DNA of 64,000 bases from the NCBI RefSeq assembly GCF_006345805.1, contig NC_043001.1:88288001-88352000 (forward strand), written 5' to 3'. Positions 25,596 through 38,873 of this stretch are shown here, piece by piece. The position numbers were made by a program, and so were the translations under genes. Positions within the stretch are counted from its first letter, which is position 1, and every line of letters starts with the position of its first letter. The notes under the pieces are model-generated. The model ran no database searches, was not told the DNA's origin, and was given only the letters and a program-made list of their open reading frames with translations. This DNA comes from Octopus sinensis (taxonomy: Eukaryota).

Positions 25596-26198
25596 TTTAT
25601 ATATATAAAACTCAACTTGTGTGTCTGTGTGTGTATCTGTGTGTGTGTCTGTGTGTTAACTTCCTGGCACATCTCCTCCTAGCCAACAAATCGTAGAACC
25701 ACCAAAAATGGGTCACTTAAAGTTTAGGCGAATGAAAATTGAACTGCGCTATTTCTGTTCCAAAATTCATCTCGCAAGTGCAAAAATTGATAATGTGTTT
25801 GTTTAGGCCTTATCCCATGCATTGAATAGTGAACTTTGCTCAGTCAGCTGTTTGACGTGAACTGTGTTCACCACGCGTGCAAGCATGCATTAATTGCATG
25901 AAAAATAAAAAAATCAAGATATAAAAATGAATCGCCGTAAACATTGTAGAAATTCGGCAAAGAAATGAATTTTCAGGGTGTAGCCTGAAGGGTTTTTTTG
26001 TATTAATCGTTTGGACTTTGTGAACACATACCAATTGTTTTCATAACATTTTTAATGCTTTGAATTAAATGTGACCATTTTGCGTTGAGTCTGCAGTTTG
26101 AATCACTTTAACCAAATTTTAGCAGGCCGGATTTTTGATCATCACAATATATCGCCAGCAACTCTCTGAAACTCTCCCCTGAAATCCCCGTTGAAAAA
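25596..26198 (+). mobile_element. Helitron-like non-autonomous element (3' end not seen), followed by a repeat of its 5' end at 26199-26270
   Basis: Both start (A)T(C/T)TATATATATAAAACTCAACTTGTGTGTCTG. Confidence 0.55.
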
Positions 26199-26318
26199 TC
26201 TATATATATATAAAACTCAACTTGTGTGTCTGTGTTTGTATATGTGTGTGTGTCTGTGTGTTTAACTTTTGGATCTACCAAGTTTCATTATTAAGGATGG
26301 AAAGTAGTGTGTAGCAAA

Positions 26319-26707
26319 TCTATATATATAAAGCTGAAGTTGTCTGTGTGTGGCAGGTTTGGTAGCCTTCAACTAACACTATCTCCTTCGAGACCCTGCA
26401 GCGCAAGTTGACCAAAATTGAGAGTATGATAGAGGAAGGCTTGCTCTTCATTCTGTAGAAGATAAAATTCAAATTGGACCATGTTAACACCAAAAATTAT
26501 TTACATCAAAAAGGTGCTTTTTTACTATGAAAATCCCTATTTTTTACGATTTTTGACTGCTGTGTCACCATTTTTTAGTGTATTTCAACTGGAAAAATGT
26601 TCACTTGAAGAGAATAACAAGTTGCATAATGTAAAATTTTTACTTTTCAAAAATTCCAATTCTAAAGGGTCGAAACAAACCCAAGCAACACTGGGTGATA
26701 TTGCTAG
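26319..26707 (+). mobile_element. Non-autonomous Helitron
   Basis: A|TCTATATATATAAAG start; subterminal hairpin ACCCA-AGCAACAC-TGGGT; CTAG|T end. Homologous to 48711-49070. Confidence 0.85.
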
Positions 26708-28064
26708 TATTACATAAAGTTTAAAATTTTGGACAAAAATATTTTTATTCAGGTATAAAATTGTGTATAACTATGTATGTAAGTATGTATGTGTTTTATT
26801 GAATGCAGAGATTTCTGAGGTCCAAAGTTTCTTTATTGGACTGTAATATTCGTTAATGATTTGTATTTTGTTACTGGTGCTATGTTTTCATCCACTCCTC
26901 GATACCTGTAACAACTTCTAATCGGATATAGGTAAAACAGTCTATTAGAAATAAATTAATGTAGGACAGTGATACCAAGGCTGCATGTAAGCATCTTTTA
27001 CGATGTGCATATTCTTGAAGATTTAATTTAGGTTTGTTACAGACAACCATTGTGCTTTGGCTTATCTACGGTATGCAAGGTATCAGTTGAATGATCCCTA
27101 GATCCCTTATTTAAATTTCATCATATTTCCATCAAGTTTAAATACTGTGCATACTGATTTGAAGCAGTTTGTCATACAAGGTGCAGTGATGAAGTTTAAA
27201 CATGTTGAGTTTTCTAAACTGTTGAGTGTATTTGTGGCAGTGTTAGAGTTGATGGTGCTATTACTCTGAGTGAGAATAGACCTGGGAACAATAGTGGCTA
27301 AGAGATGGTTCTGCACTCCTCAAAATCCTGAAACTCCCAACCCAGGATCCCACTACCAGATGCTCTTTAAAATCATACTCAGGGTCCCAGCTATGGGTCA
27401 AGTAGCATATCAGAGCTTGCCTACCTATGCATGGTAAGAGTGGATCTGGTGGATTCTGCAGAAGAAATCATCATGGTTCATTGGAGGGGAAGGCAGTTGC
27501 AGCAATGCATTGTGGTGTGTGGAGAGCAAGATGGGGCAAGTAAGACATCTTGGTCATCCGCTGCATTCATGTCCATTCCCAGTCGTCTTGACCTGGTTTT
27601 GCCACTTGAGTGAAGACAGTTACAAATGAGAGAGTGAGGTTGATGGTGTACAACACTTCTTCCCTTTCAACAAAGTCACCACATATGTCACCAATCATCC
27701 TTAAGGATGACTAACTGGTCCTTGTCACTCCATGGAGGAACATGATGTCTGTGGTAGTAACCTTGAGAGTGGTGTTAGTAGTGATATTGGCAATAATTAT
27801 TATTGGTGCAATAATCAATGGTGTAATTATCAAGGATGGTATTCATGATGTTTTGTTGTTGGTGGTGGTGGTTAGCCCCTGGTCAAAGTTGATCAAGTAA
27901 ATCTACGATCTATAACAGCTGTGACCATCCAGTTTTTTTACCTTTATGCAGGGAAGCTAACTCCACATTGACCAAGTTCTTTTTTAAGATGGCAGTGAAG
28001 GGAATTTAACTACTATTTCTAGCAGGCCTAACAACCTTGTAAGGGCTCATTCATTAGCATGTTA

Positions 28065-28660
28065 TTGTTGCTATTGGTGGTGATGGTGACAGTGGTGTTT
28101 ATGTTGTAGTTGCTGGTGGTAGTGGTGGGGATGATAGTGTTGTTGGTGGTGGTGATGGTGTTGGCTGTGGTGGTGATGGCATTGGTGTTGGAGGTGGTGA
28201 TGATCGCAATGGTGGCGACGGTGTTGGTACTGAAGGTGGTGGAAATGGCAATGGTGGTAGTGACGGTAGTGTTTGTGGTGGCAATGGTGTTGGTGTTGGA
28301 GGTGATAGTAATGATAAAGGTGGTGAAGGTGGTGGTGGTGGCGGCAGCAGTAGTGGTGGTGACGGTGGGGGTGTTTGTGTTGGTGGCGTAACTCTACACC
28401 ACACCTGTCGCTACTATTACAGTACATCTGATACCACCACTATTGAAGAAACTGTCACTGCACCACGTTTAATGCTACTACCACCAACCACCACCATCGT
28501 CATATCACACCACACCTGACACTACTACCACCACCACTACCACCACCACCACCACCACATCACCACTATTAAGCCATACCTAACACTACCACTACACACC
28601 AACCTGATACTTCCATTACACAACTGGCACTACTATTGCACAAACATGACACTAACACTG
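28065..28660. repeat. Degenerate (GGT)-rich tract followed by an (ACC)-rich tract
   Basis: Low-complexity sequence that explains the poly-V/H/P ORFs. Confidence 0.85.
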
Positions 28661-29779
28661 CACCAATCTGTAGGAACCTCTTTGTAGTCATTCAGCCTGC
28701 TAGAAATACTAGTCAAATCTCTTTAATTACAACCTACTATCATATAAAAAAAAAACCCATCATGTTGGATAATGTGAACCAGGATTCCCTGTCCACAGGA
28801 ACAAAAATGGAAGGTCACAACCGGAATGCCTTTGATCATAGGTTTGTATGATCAAGGTTGACCTGGAGCTAAACAGTAACATCATATACATGATACAAAC
28901 GAATGTAGGAATTTCTGCATGTTTGATTGATCTGTTAGAAATAACAGCCAAATCTGCCTCAAATCATATTCTATATATAGAGCTGTTCAATCAGGACTGA
29001 CCTAGGGCTAAGCTAAAATTAACAACACCAATGTACTATCACCATACCTCATAAACATTAAATTTGATACAACTACCAACTGAACAACAATGGTACTCTA
29101 TGTAGTCATTTGATTGCTAGAAATAGCAGCAAAAGGGATGTTCAATCAGGACTGACCTAGGGCTAAAATCTAACAACAACCATGTACTATAACACCACCA
29201 TACCTCATACAATAAATTGTGATACAACTACCATACTGAACAACAATGGTACCTCTATGTAGTCATTTGATCTGCTAGAAATAGCAGCAAAAGGGAATTT
29301 AAATAATATCCTTGCAGATGTGATCAATTAGGGCTGACTTAGGGTTAAGTAGCATTAACAACAATACCTGATACTATCTCCACACCTTGTAATATAATAC
29401 CTGATACAATTACCATACTACGCCATTGAAGGTACCTCTATGTGGCCAATTAGTGGGCTAGAAACTGCAGTTAAATCCAATTCAAACCACATTTCACTAT
29501 CTTAAAAAAGGACACTATGGTCCTGAATTTTCAGTAAAAAAGACAGGATGGTCACAGATGGAATAACTTAATCGTATGTCTGCTTGATGACAGCAGATCT
29601 GGAGCTAAACAACAGCAACAACATCAGATGTTACCACTACAACTGGCACTGCAACCACACCACACCTGACACTACGGCACCACTGCACCACTGCACATCA
29701 TCGCTACACTATTATACCCACCATATATCTGATACCACAACCATTTCCCCCACCAATACCAGGACATGAATACCGAACC

Positions 29780-30250
29780 TTTGAATGGTATTAGGCCACA
29801 GTGACTGCTACCTTATACATCATTACTGTAATTCTGTTGCTACCACCATCACCACCACCACCACCAACGCAATCACCACCACCTCCACCACCACTACCAC
29901 CACCACCAACACAATCACCACCATCTCCACGACCATTACCATCACTACCACCATCACCATTATCATCGCCAGCATCTCCACGACCATTACCATCACTACC
30001 ACCATCACCACCACCATTATCATCGCCACCATCTCCACCACCATTACCATCACCACCACCACCATTACCATTATCATTACCACCATCTCCACCACCAGTT
30101 ACCAACACCACCACCATCACCATCACCACCAACAAAAACGGCGACAAACACTAACATCAATAACAGCAGCAGCAGCAGCAGCAACAGTAGTGGTAGCAAC
30201 AGTAGCAGCAGTAGAAGACATAATGCTAACTGTTGCAGCATCTCCAGTTA
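29780..30250. repeat. Degenerate (ACC/ATC)n tract ending in (GCA)n
   Basis: Seen directly. Confidence 0.9.
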
Positions 30251-30731
30251 GTCTGCTGTAGCAGTGACAGAATAGTTTACCGTTTCTGTTCTTTATTCAA
30301 ACAGATGGTATGTTAAATCTAATATGGGTGAGCAAGATGTGTTAGCATCGGCATCTTGTTACTGTTGTATGTTGGATATAATTGTCATCTCACGCTATCT
30401 ATCTATACATGCATACATACATATGCAAACATGCATACATATATACATACATACATACACACTCACATACAAATACATACATATGTGTGTGTGTGTATTA
30501 TGTGTGTGTGCATGTATAGATATATACATGTGCATATATATATATATATGCTATATATACAGACATATATATACATATATATACATACATACATACACAT
30601 ACATAGATATTCATCATATATACATACATACACACACACACATATATATATATATATTTATATATATGTATATATATATATAAGAGTATGCATTTGTAAA
30701 TATACATGCATATGCTATGCATGTGTGTGTG

Positions 30732-30782
<51 letters not shown>

Positions 30783-32861
30783 ATACAAACATACAGAGAG
30801 AGAGAATGAGGAAAGAGAACTAGTGCAACTCACATTCACTTTCTCTCTCTATCCCCCCACTCTCTCTCTCACACACACACACATAAACACACACACACAC
30901 AAACACACATGCACATGCACACATACACACACACATATGTATACACTTGTGTACATGTGTCTCTATATGTGCAAGTATATGATTTGCATATCATATACTG
31001 TGCTGGATTAACCTAGTAGCAAGCGTAGCATATACTACAGACCCTGCATTTTAGGAGCCCTGCACTGAATACTGAATTCTTTATTAATATAGTACTATGT
31101 ACTGCATTCAACTTTTATGAATGGCTATGTGTTTCAGGTTGATCCAACGCTTGGAATTCTTCCGAGATACTGTACACATTAAATTAAATGCTTGCAAGCT
31201 ATTATTTCCGATTCAGTGATTTTCCATTTGCCTCATTACTGTAGTACTATATTGCCTTCAAGTTTTATGAATGACTAGGTTTTTAAGGTTGATCCAATGC
31301 TCAGAATATTTCCAAGATCCAATGCACTTTAAAAAAAAAATTGCAATAATTAAATCGAATGGCAATAGTAACTGGGCAGGCTTCGTTTTTGTTGGATTCT
31401 AATTAAAGACTTGCCATTTTATTTATTTATTGTTTATTATTTCATAACGTTGAAACATATCACAAAATAATAGAGCTTGATTATTATTTTACCTCCTAAA
31501 TAAAATTACTTAAACAAATCAGATTATTACTAATATATTATAAATACTGATAAATCAATTTGGAGATTTTTAAACAAGCATAAAAAGCATTGGTTTGCCA
31601 GGAGCTTCTAGTTTAACCTTAATGCACAAATAATAACAAAACAGTAGCACAAATAATTAGTTTAAATTAATTTTATAATATTTTTAACATTTGACTGCTA
31701 AAACAAATGTATGTTATATTAGGTGCTGTGTCCCAGGAGAAAATATTTAACTTGTGTATCATAGTTGCTTAAATAACAATAGAGTTCTCATAATGTTGTA
31801 GAATTTAAGCTCCATATTTTCAGGAATTATTGAAAAAGAGTCCACTTCTTTAAATTTACCACATAGTTTAATATATTTAAGCTAGGTTAACACACTAAAT
31901 TGGTGGTACCAACCTTTGTTGTACTACATACTGGTTATATGCAAGATGCATGCTGGTGCCACATTAAAAGCACTCATACCAACACCATGTAAAAAACACT
32001 TGTGTTGGTGCCACATAAAGAACACCCAGTACACTCTGTAAAGTGGTTGGCATTAGGAAGGGCATCCAGCTATTGAACCATGCCAGAACCAACAAATGGA
32101 GCCTGACAGCTCTCTTGGCTGACCAGCTCTTGTCAAACCATCCAATCCATGCCAGCAGGGACAATGTATGTTAAATAATGATAAGGATGATGACAATTTT
32201 CCATGGACTGGGGACTCACATGTATAATGAAATACAATAAAGTGCATCATATATAACTGAATTAGCACATATATAATGCATATATATTACATATATAATG
32301 CATATGTAATGCAAAAACACTCTGGAGACTGCAATAGTAAAATAAAATAGGAATAAAATTTTAAAATTTATTCTTCCTGTGCAGCCCAGTACCAAATGAT
32401 CAGTGGCTTGGAGATTGGGGTGTCCCTGCTCTAAATGTTTCAAATGCATTGTCAAGCAGGTAAATATGAAGCTTTAGATAAAATAATAAATAGTGGAACA
32501 TTTGCATTCATATTTATTAGTCCCTTTTAACATTGATCTTTAAATATGCAGAGAGAGTCATAAAAAGATTATTATAATTCAATCCCTTTTCTGGAAAATT
32601 ACATGGAGCAAAAATCCAGTGCAGACCAGCTTGTGTGTCACTGACACTGCTATCATCAACAACACCACCACTACTACCACCAACATTACTGCCATACTAC
32701 TACCACCACCACCACCACCACCACCACCATTCATACACATTCACCCACACATAGTATATACATGCATACATGTATATATATAAAGACGATGCTCCAGCAT
32801 GGCTGCAATCAATTGACTGAAACAAATAGAAGAATAAAAGAATATATATAAGTATATATAC

Positions 32862-33139
32862 ATCAATGAAATTCTAACTTAGTCTGATTTTCATGTTCTA
32901 TTATTTGCAATTTTTACAAGTTTACAATTTTACAATATCGAAATAAACTAGTACTTTCATACATTATGCAATCATCAGGTTTATGTATTGAAAGTTGTGT
33001 TCCGCAATTGACAGCTGTCACTACATAAACCTGATGATTGCATAAGGCATGAAAGTATTACTTTATTTCAATATTGTAAAATTGTAAATATTGCAAATAA
33101 TAAAACTTAAAAATCAGACCAAGTTGGAATTTCATTGAT
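32862..33139. mobile_element. Fold-back element (278 bp) carrying hammerhead motifs
   Basis: ATCAATGAAATTCTAACTTAGTCTGATTTT...AAAATCAGACCAAGTTGGAATTTCATTGAT; arms ~125 bp. Confidence 0.88.
32943..32984 (-). ncRNA. Minimal type I hammerhead candidate with palindromic helix III
   Basis: ATAAAC-CTGATGA-TTGCATAATGTAT-GAA-AGTACT-A-GTTTAT: 6-bp helix I, AGTACT palindrome, CTA triplet, and U-U at the base of helix II. Confidence 0.68.
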
Positions 33140-33184
33140 TAATATATTCTTTACTATGAATGACTGCTAAATCCACAAGTTTTT

Positions 33185-33340
33185 TTTTTATTCTCTCTCT
33201 CTTTATTTCCTTGTGTTCCTTTCTGATGAAGTGTGTAAGCTCGAAACTTTAAAAACTTTCTCACCTTCTTGAACATCAAACTAATACACCTGCTTGTTGT
33301 TTATACCCCTGTCTTCATCTTTTGTTTTTCTGTAAATTTC

Positions 33341-33345
<5 letters not shown>
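33185..33345 (+). mobile_element. Penelope-type terminal-repeat fragment with a degenerate minimal hammerhead (33218-33255)
   Basis: CTTT-CTGATGA-AGTGTGTAAGCTC-GAAAC-TTTAAAA; homologous to 55230-55400(-). Confidence 0.6.
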
Positions 33346-33390
<45 letters not shown>

Positions 33391-33556
33391 TGCTCAAAAT
33401 GGGAAGTAGATAGACAGCCAACAACTGATGAAGCATTGTTCTTTGTATTCTTTATATTACTTGTTTTCCATTCTTTTCTCTCGTTATTTGCATATTTAAC
33501 TCATTTGTTTTTGCATTTCATGTTGTTTACTGCTGGTAAAGTCCTGTATCCATATA

Positions 33557-33610
<54 letters not shown>

Positions 33611-33627
33611 TAGATAGATAGATAGAT

Positions 33628-33667
33628 AAACTTTAAGTCGCATGGAACAAAATGAAACTGTTTTAGA

Positions 33668-33707
<40 letters not shown>

Positions 33708-33805
33708 TCTAAAACAGTTTCATTTTGTTCCATGCGACTTAAAGTTTCACAGGCCTGCAAAACTTTAAGTCGCATGGAACTGAATCAAATTATTTTTAGA
33801 TATTA
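33628..33805. repeat. Perfect ~45-bp inverted repeat across (TA)n plus a third diverged arm
   Basis: 33628-33672 is the exact reverse complement of 33703-33747. A third arm starts at 33760. Confidence 0.9.
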
Positions 33806-34417
33806 CATGTAATTCCTACTAAATGTGTTCAGTGGTCTTTTTTTACATTTATCCACTCACCTGGCATTAGGAAGGACATCCTGCCATTAAAACCAATGCC
33901 AAAGTTGATAGTGGAGTGTGAAGCAATCCTTGGACCTGTCGGATCCTGTCAAACTGTCCAACTTATGCCAACATGGATCATGGGTGTTAAATGATGATGA
34001 CGATGATGATGATGATATATGCATGTCATTTCATAGTCATTATCTTTTAACATCCATATTTCTAAGCTTGCATATGTCACATGGAATTTTTTGAAGCAGA
34101 TTTTCTATGGCACGCTACTTTTCCTGTTGCCAACCTTCATCTGTTTTGCTTTGGGCGATAGCAAATGACATTTACTTAAGGTGGTGTGCAGTGGGACTAG
34201 ACCAAGACCACAGACCTCTCAGCCACATTTTCACACACAAAAAATACACATGCATACACACACAAACACACACATACACACATGCACGTTCATATATATT
34301 CATATATATTCATATATATGAATATACATGCATGTGCATACATACACACATATATACATAAAACTACAAGTTTACACTAAAATTAAGGAAGTATGGTTTT
34401 TAAGTTGGCAGAGAGAT

Positions 34418-34472
<55 letters not shown>

Positions 34473-34575
34473 GATAGATAGGGAGAGAGGGGAGAGGGGG
34501 AGAGACAGCCAGATGGACTAATTGACATGTAGATAGGCAAAAAAATAGCTATATACCTCTTTTTTATATGTATGC

Positions 34576-34611
<36 letters not shown>

Positions 34612-35928
34612 GATATTGATGTGCACACACAGGCACACTGATACATCAACATACATAAATATATACACATCAAAATTGATATCATCTGACACTGCTTCTA
34701 TGCCTATGCTTCCATGCTTGTATTTGCCATTTTTCAATAACTGTAATATGAAGCTCACATGTCAATGTATTGGGTCCATGGGACAAAATGGATTACTTAA
34801 ATGTATGCTTGCCTCTTGCTAGTTTTTTTACTTACTGCTAATGCCTGTTACGTATACCAGTATGGTGAACAAAGAAGCAATAAATCTTCTTCACTACCAA
34901 TACTAAACCATTGTGATCCTAATCCAGGACCTCACATCTCCTTTATATTAAAATTCTCATTCAACAAAATAATTCCCATTAGATTCTCATTCAACAAAAT
35001 AAAGTTGATGTTATTTTCTATAACCTTATCATTCAGCCTGTTTTGGCAACAGTATTTTTTGGTACCAGAGGCAAACACACACACACATGTATGTATTTTT
35101 TGTGCGTGTGTGTGTGTGTGTGTGCGTGTGTGTACATGCATGTGTGAGCATGTACGTGTGTGTGTATGTATATGTGTGGATGTGTGCTAAGAAGTTTGCT
35201 TCCCAACCACATAGTTCTGGGTTCAGTTCCATTGTGTGGCAAATTGGCTAAGTGTTTTTTACTATAACCTTGGGCTGACCAAAGCCTTGTGAGTGGATTT
35301 GGTATACAGAAACTGCAAAAAAAGAAAACCTGCTGTGTACACATACATACATACATACATACATACATACATACATACATACATACATACATACATACAT
35401 ACATACGAACTTAGCATCATAATCATTAAATGTCCATGTTCCATGCTGACATAGTCAACAGCTTGACAGGATCCAGTAAGTCTGAAGACTGCATTGTGCT
35501 TCAATGTCTGCTTATATATATACATATGATGGGCTTAGATTTTCAGTCTACCAACTACCAATTGTGTACAAGACATCAAGACATCAATTGGTGATGATGA
35601 CAATGATAATGATGGGAATGATGATTACGATTGTGATGATAATAATTCCAAACTCATTGTACATAACATTCTGGTGCATTACAACTTGTTAGAAAAGGTA
35701 AAAGAATGAATAAAAATCAGCAATATGTCAAATAAAGGAAGGTCTTTCATGACGAAGTACATGTGCATTACATATAATGAAAATCAAGACAGAAAAAGGA
35801 ATCAATAAAAGAACCATAACGATGAAAGGTACATGGATACATCAAGAGTAGTGTCAGCAACTTTTGGGAAGCATGGAATATTTAAGGGATGCCAGTTCTT
35901 GGCAACTAATGACAGACACAAATATGTA

Positions 35929-36763
35929 CAGGGTGCAATGAATAAATTGTCATCTAAATTACACAAAAATGAAAATAACACTGACATCTCATTTTAATAG
36001 ATGTTTTTACCAAAATTACATATAAAAATCCTGAAATACCAAAGAGTAAATTTATTCAATAAAATCGCTATTGGCTTCAACCACCACCTCCAGCTGACTT
36101 TGGAATCTCCTGCAACTCTTCTGGATAGTCTCCTTGTTTAAGTTGGTGAATGCTGCCATAATCCTTGCCTTTATTTCAACTTTGGTATTACAAGGAGTTT
36201 TGTAATATTCAAGGGGGTTACAGCCTGGGGAGTTAGGTGGCCAGATGTTAGGGGGTGGTGTGGTCGCAGAAATTGTCTGACAGCCATGACTGGGTTCTCC
36301 TGCTTGTGTGGCATGGAACAGAGTCCCGTTGTTAGACATAGGGTCTTCCAGAAGCCACCCTCTTCACCCAGGGCAACACTACCTCTTCCAGACACTTGAT
36401 GTAGGTCTCCGTGTCGAGTCTGAGGCCATGTGGGAAGAAGAATGCAGGCATAACATCGCCATCATTAGTGATCTCTCCAAACACCATTGTGTTGACTGGA
36501 TGTTTGATTTTTATCACTCTTGGTACATGTCCTCAGATTGCACAGTCTTCAGATTGACACCCGAACACTCTGAAATGTTTGTACTGGAGCTTCCAGTGCA
36601 AATACCAAGCAGTACAACATGTCATTTCCAAATTTCTGGGAGAGTGAATTGCATCATCCCACTGGTTTTCTCACAGACAGTACCCAACTGACCCTACTAT
36701 GCTGTGTAACTGGCAAAACCAAAAGCAAACAATGCACAATTCTGAAATTAAAATCCCACCCTG
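35929..36763 (-). mobile_element. Internally deleted Tc1/mariner-superfamily element
   Basis: TA|CAGGGTG...CACCCTG|TA ends. Transposase pieces MVFGEITNDGDVMP...LEEVVLPWV, APCH (tgtggcatggaac on +) and IWPPNSPGCNPLEYY. Confidence 0.88.
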
Positions 36764-37233
36764 TATGTGTGTGTGTGTGTGCTTGTGTGTATGAAGTTGT
36801 GAGTTCAATCTCCAGACTGGGTTGTATGTTGTGTTCTTGAGCAAGACTCTTTATTTCATATTGCTCCATTTCACTCACTGTAGAAATGAGTTGTGATGTC
36901 AATGGTGCCACACACACACACAAACATGCCCACACATATATTTATATGCACATGCACGCACACACACACACACATAATTATACACACACAATGGGCTTCT
37001 TTCAGCTTCTGTCTACCAAACCCACTCATAAAGCCTTGGTCAGCTTGGGGTTATAGTGGAACACATTTGCCCAAGGTGCCATGCAGTAGAACTGAACACA
37101 AGACAAGATTGCCGAGAAGCAAACTTCTTACCACACAGCCATAACTGCATCTCATGTGTATGTACATACGTGTGTGTACATGTGTGTGTGCATGTGTGTG
37201 TGCATGCATGAGTGTGTGTACACGCATGTATGC

Positions 37234-37264
<31 letters not shown>

Positions 37265-37267
37265 TAT

Positions 37268-38414
37268 ATCATCATCGTTTAACGTCCGTTCTCCATGCTA
37301 GCATGGGTTGGACGGTTCGACCGGGGATCTGGGAAGCCAGAAGGCTGCACCAGGCTCCAGTCTTATCTGGCAATGTTTCTACAGCTGGATGCCCTTCCTA
37401 ATGCCAACCACTCCGTGAGTGTAGTGGGTGCTCTTTACGTGCCACCTGCACAGGTGCCAGGCGAGGCTGGCAACGGCCATGGTCGGATTGGTGCATTTTA
37501 CGTGCCAACGGCACAGAAGTCAGTCGAGGCGACATTGGCATCGGCCACGATTTGGATAGTGCTTTTTACGTGCCACCGGCATGGAAGCCAGTCGAGGCGG
37601 CGCTGGCATCAGCCACGATTCGGATAGTGCTTTTTACATACCACCAGTCCAGGGGTCCTGCCGGGTGCCAGTCATAGAATTGGTTCAATTTCGATTCCGA
37701 TTTCGATTTCGATTTCACTTGCCCCAACAGGTCTTCGCAAGCAAAGGGGGGTTAGCATGGGTGCCTGTCGTCGGATGAGGTTCGATATCGACTTCGCTTG
37801 CCTCAACAGGTCTTTGTGTGTCCAAGGGAGGAAAGGCATGCATAAGTGGGCTGGGCTCACTTGTCCTGCCTGGTCTTCTCACGCACAGCATATTTCCAAA
37901 GGTCTCGGTCGCTGGTCATTTCCTCAGTGAGGCCTAAAGTTCGAAGGTCGTGCTTCACCACCTCGTCCCAGGTTTTCCTGGGTCTACCTCTTCCATGGGT
38001 TGCCTCAACTGCTAGGGATTGGCACTTTTTCACACAACTATCTTCATCCATTCTCGCCACATGACCATACCAGTGCAATCGTCTCTCTTGCACACCACAA
38101 CTGATGCTTCTTAGGTCCAACATTTCTCTCAAGGTATTAATGCTCTGTCGAGTATGCACACTGACATTACACATCCATCGGAGCATGGCTGTTCGTACAC
38201 ATGCATCATACAGTCTGCCTTTTACTCTGAGCGAGAGGCCTTTAGTCACCAGCAGAGGTAAGAGCTCCCTAAACTTTGCCCAGGCTATTCTTACTCTAGC
38301 AGTTATACTTTCAACGCACCCACCCCCACTACTGACTTGGTCACCTAGATAACGGAAGCTATCAACTACTTCTAGTTTTTCCCCCTGGAAAGTGACGGAA
38401 GTTGTTTTCTGCAG
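37268..38414 (-). mobile_element. 5'-truncated RTE LINE, well preserved, with a repetitive 3' UTR, inserted in (TA)n
   Basis: ORF end FRYLGDQV...AWAKFRELLPLL.TKGLSLRVKGRLYDACVRTAML/RWMCNV...WYGHVARM...GRGRPRKTW. 3' UTR 37268-37856 ends GGACGTTAAACGATGATG. Confidence 0.92.
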
Positions 38415-38824
38415 ATTATATATATATATATATCACCGTGACTGACCAGGCTATCAGATGTTGCTACACATCACTGGTCACAATGCGCTTCGCATTGTTT
38501 TTTTTTTTAGCCTTCAAATGACACCACCCAGCTGGCTAAGCGAGCAGGCCAACAGAAGAAAGAATGAGAGAAAGTTGTGGCGAAAAAGTACAGCAGGGAT
38601 CACCACCACCCCCTGCCAGAGCCTCGTGGAGCTTTAGGTGTTTTCGCTCAATAAACACTCACAATGCCCGGTCTGGGAATTGAAACCGCGATCCTACGAC
38701 CGCGAGTCCGCTGCCCTAACCACTGTGCCATTGCGCCTCCACATATATATTTATATATTATATACATATAAATACATATATATATAGGTACATGTTTATG
38801 TGTGTGCGTATGTGCGTGTGTGTG

Positions 38825-38873
<49 letters not shown>

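Noticed and set aside
27107-27316. 69-aa S/T/N-rich minus-strand ORF
   Set aside because: An in-frame stop lies between it and the nearest acceptor; no homology recognised.
32386-32460. Apparent 75-nt plus-strand exon with good splice sites
   Set aside because: The minus strand reads TAGAGCAGGG-ACACCCCAA..., like a Charlie/MER1-type hAT end, so it is more likely a transposon remnant.
38480-38508. Hairpin plus T-run resembling an intrinsic terminator
   Set aside because: Eukaryotic DNA; it is an internal stem-loop/A-run of a minus-strand SINE.
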